Positions 63,359 through 64,000 of a stretch of 64,000 bases of DNA are shown here, piece after piece. A program made the translations under genes and the position numbers. The stretch's first letter is position 1; each line of letters opens with the position of its first letter. The notes under the pieces are model-generated. The model saw only the letters and a list, made by a program, of their open reading frames with translations, was not told the origin of the DNA and ran no database searches. Source of the stretch: Tubulanus polymorphus (lineage: Eukaryota; Animalia; Nemertea); contig NC_134025.1 of NCBI RefSeq assembly GCF_964204645.1, forward strand, positions 24,160,299 through 24,224,298, given 5' to 3'.

Positions 63359-64000
63359 TGTTTGAGCACTACACTTTACTCAAAAATTTTGAAATAATGA
63401 TGAATCTGATCTTTCAGATAAATCATAATTCAAATATCAAATGATGACGAAGACGTTTGCTTCATGTAGCAATCTTGAATTTCTGCTTGCATGACATGAC
63501 TTCATTTTTCGCAGCCTTGGTGCTCCATGTTTTGAATATAGAATTCGCGCAACTCGCGCAACAGGACCACTGGACGACGAAACCACGCATTCAGTCACAG
63601 ATCTAGATGTAAATGAAGTTTCTTCGTCGCGCACGACATTCAAACATTAGCTCAGGATTCCGTGCGCGAAGAGATCGCTGATATCTGCCGAGATCTCTGA
63701 TATCTGCCGAGATCTCTCCGCCGTTGTCGACTTTCAGGCATTCGATAAACGTTCGAATCGCCCAGAATCCGTACGAGTCGAGCGCCCGTCGGGCACGCGC
63801 GCAATTATTTCAATTGAAATCAAGCCCGAATTTCTCGGGTCGATTGTAATTCTTTTAGAGAAAAATCATCGCTGATGAAAATGAAGACTGAAACGGCCCC
63901 TCCTCTGAGTACTGAAATATGTTTACTGAGACGGTCCCATTAATATGCAGAGCTGCTAACTGTCCCTGAAAATGGCTCACTGTCCCTGATGGTGTTTTTA

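Noticed and set aside
63660-63890. IAD-containing frames (VREEIADIC, RKIIADEN) as BH3 motifs
   Set aside because: Neither has the conserved Leu three residues before the Ile. The first lies in a 19-bp tandem duplication with an in-frame stop.

Overview
AT-rich eukaryotic DNA with spliceosomal GT-AG introns, from an animal; an invertebrate, possibly a lophotrochozoan, is my inference. The first 31 kb is gene-dense with mostly short introns. It holds an intronless pseudokinase-like ORF, two convergent orphan GPCRs, GNPNAT1, NDUFAF1, tRNA-Glu(TTC), MAD2L1BP (p31comet) and a complete multi-exon NPHP1 that carries a young 5'-truncated LINE in intron 2. From about 31.3 kb a further gene begins, with a promoter, a probable non-coding first exon and one large coding exon (33565-34255), followed by about 30 kb with no convincing exon. 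That exon encodes a disordered protein with a DSGY phosphodegron, an acidic EDD..VF/TQP segment, an LC8-type STQTP motif and an EEPxR motif before a phase-1 intron. This is a mosaic of vertebrate Bim (BCL2L11) and Bmf features. It also lies next to NPHP1 and NDUFAF1, whose human orthologues map to the same bands as BCL2L11 (2q13) and BMF (15q15.1). My top candidate is therefore an invertebrate Bim/Bmf-type BH3-only gene, although its BH3 exon is not visible in the window. Other features are a Penelope-type minimal hammerhead ribozyme motif, many MITEs and hairpin elements (some nested) and microsatellites. All calls come from manual reading and remembered reference sequences; no searches were run.
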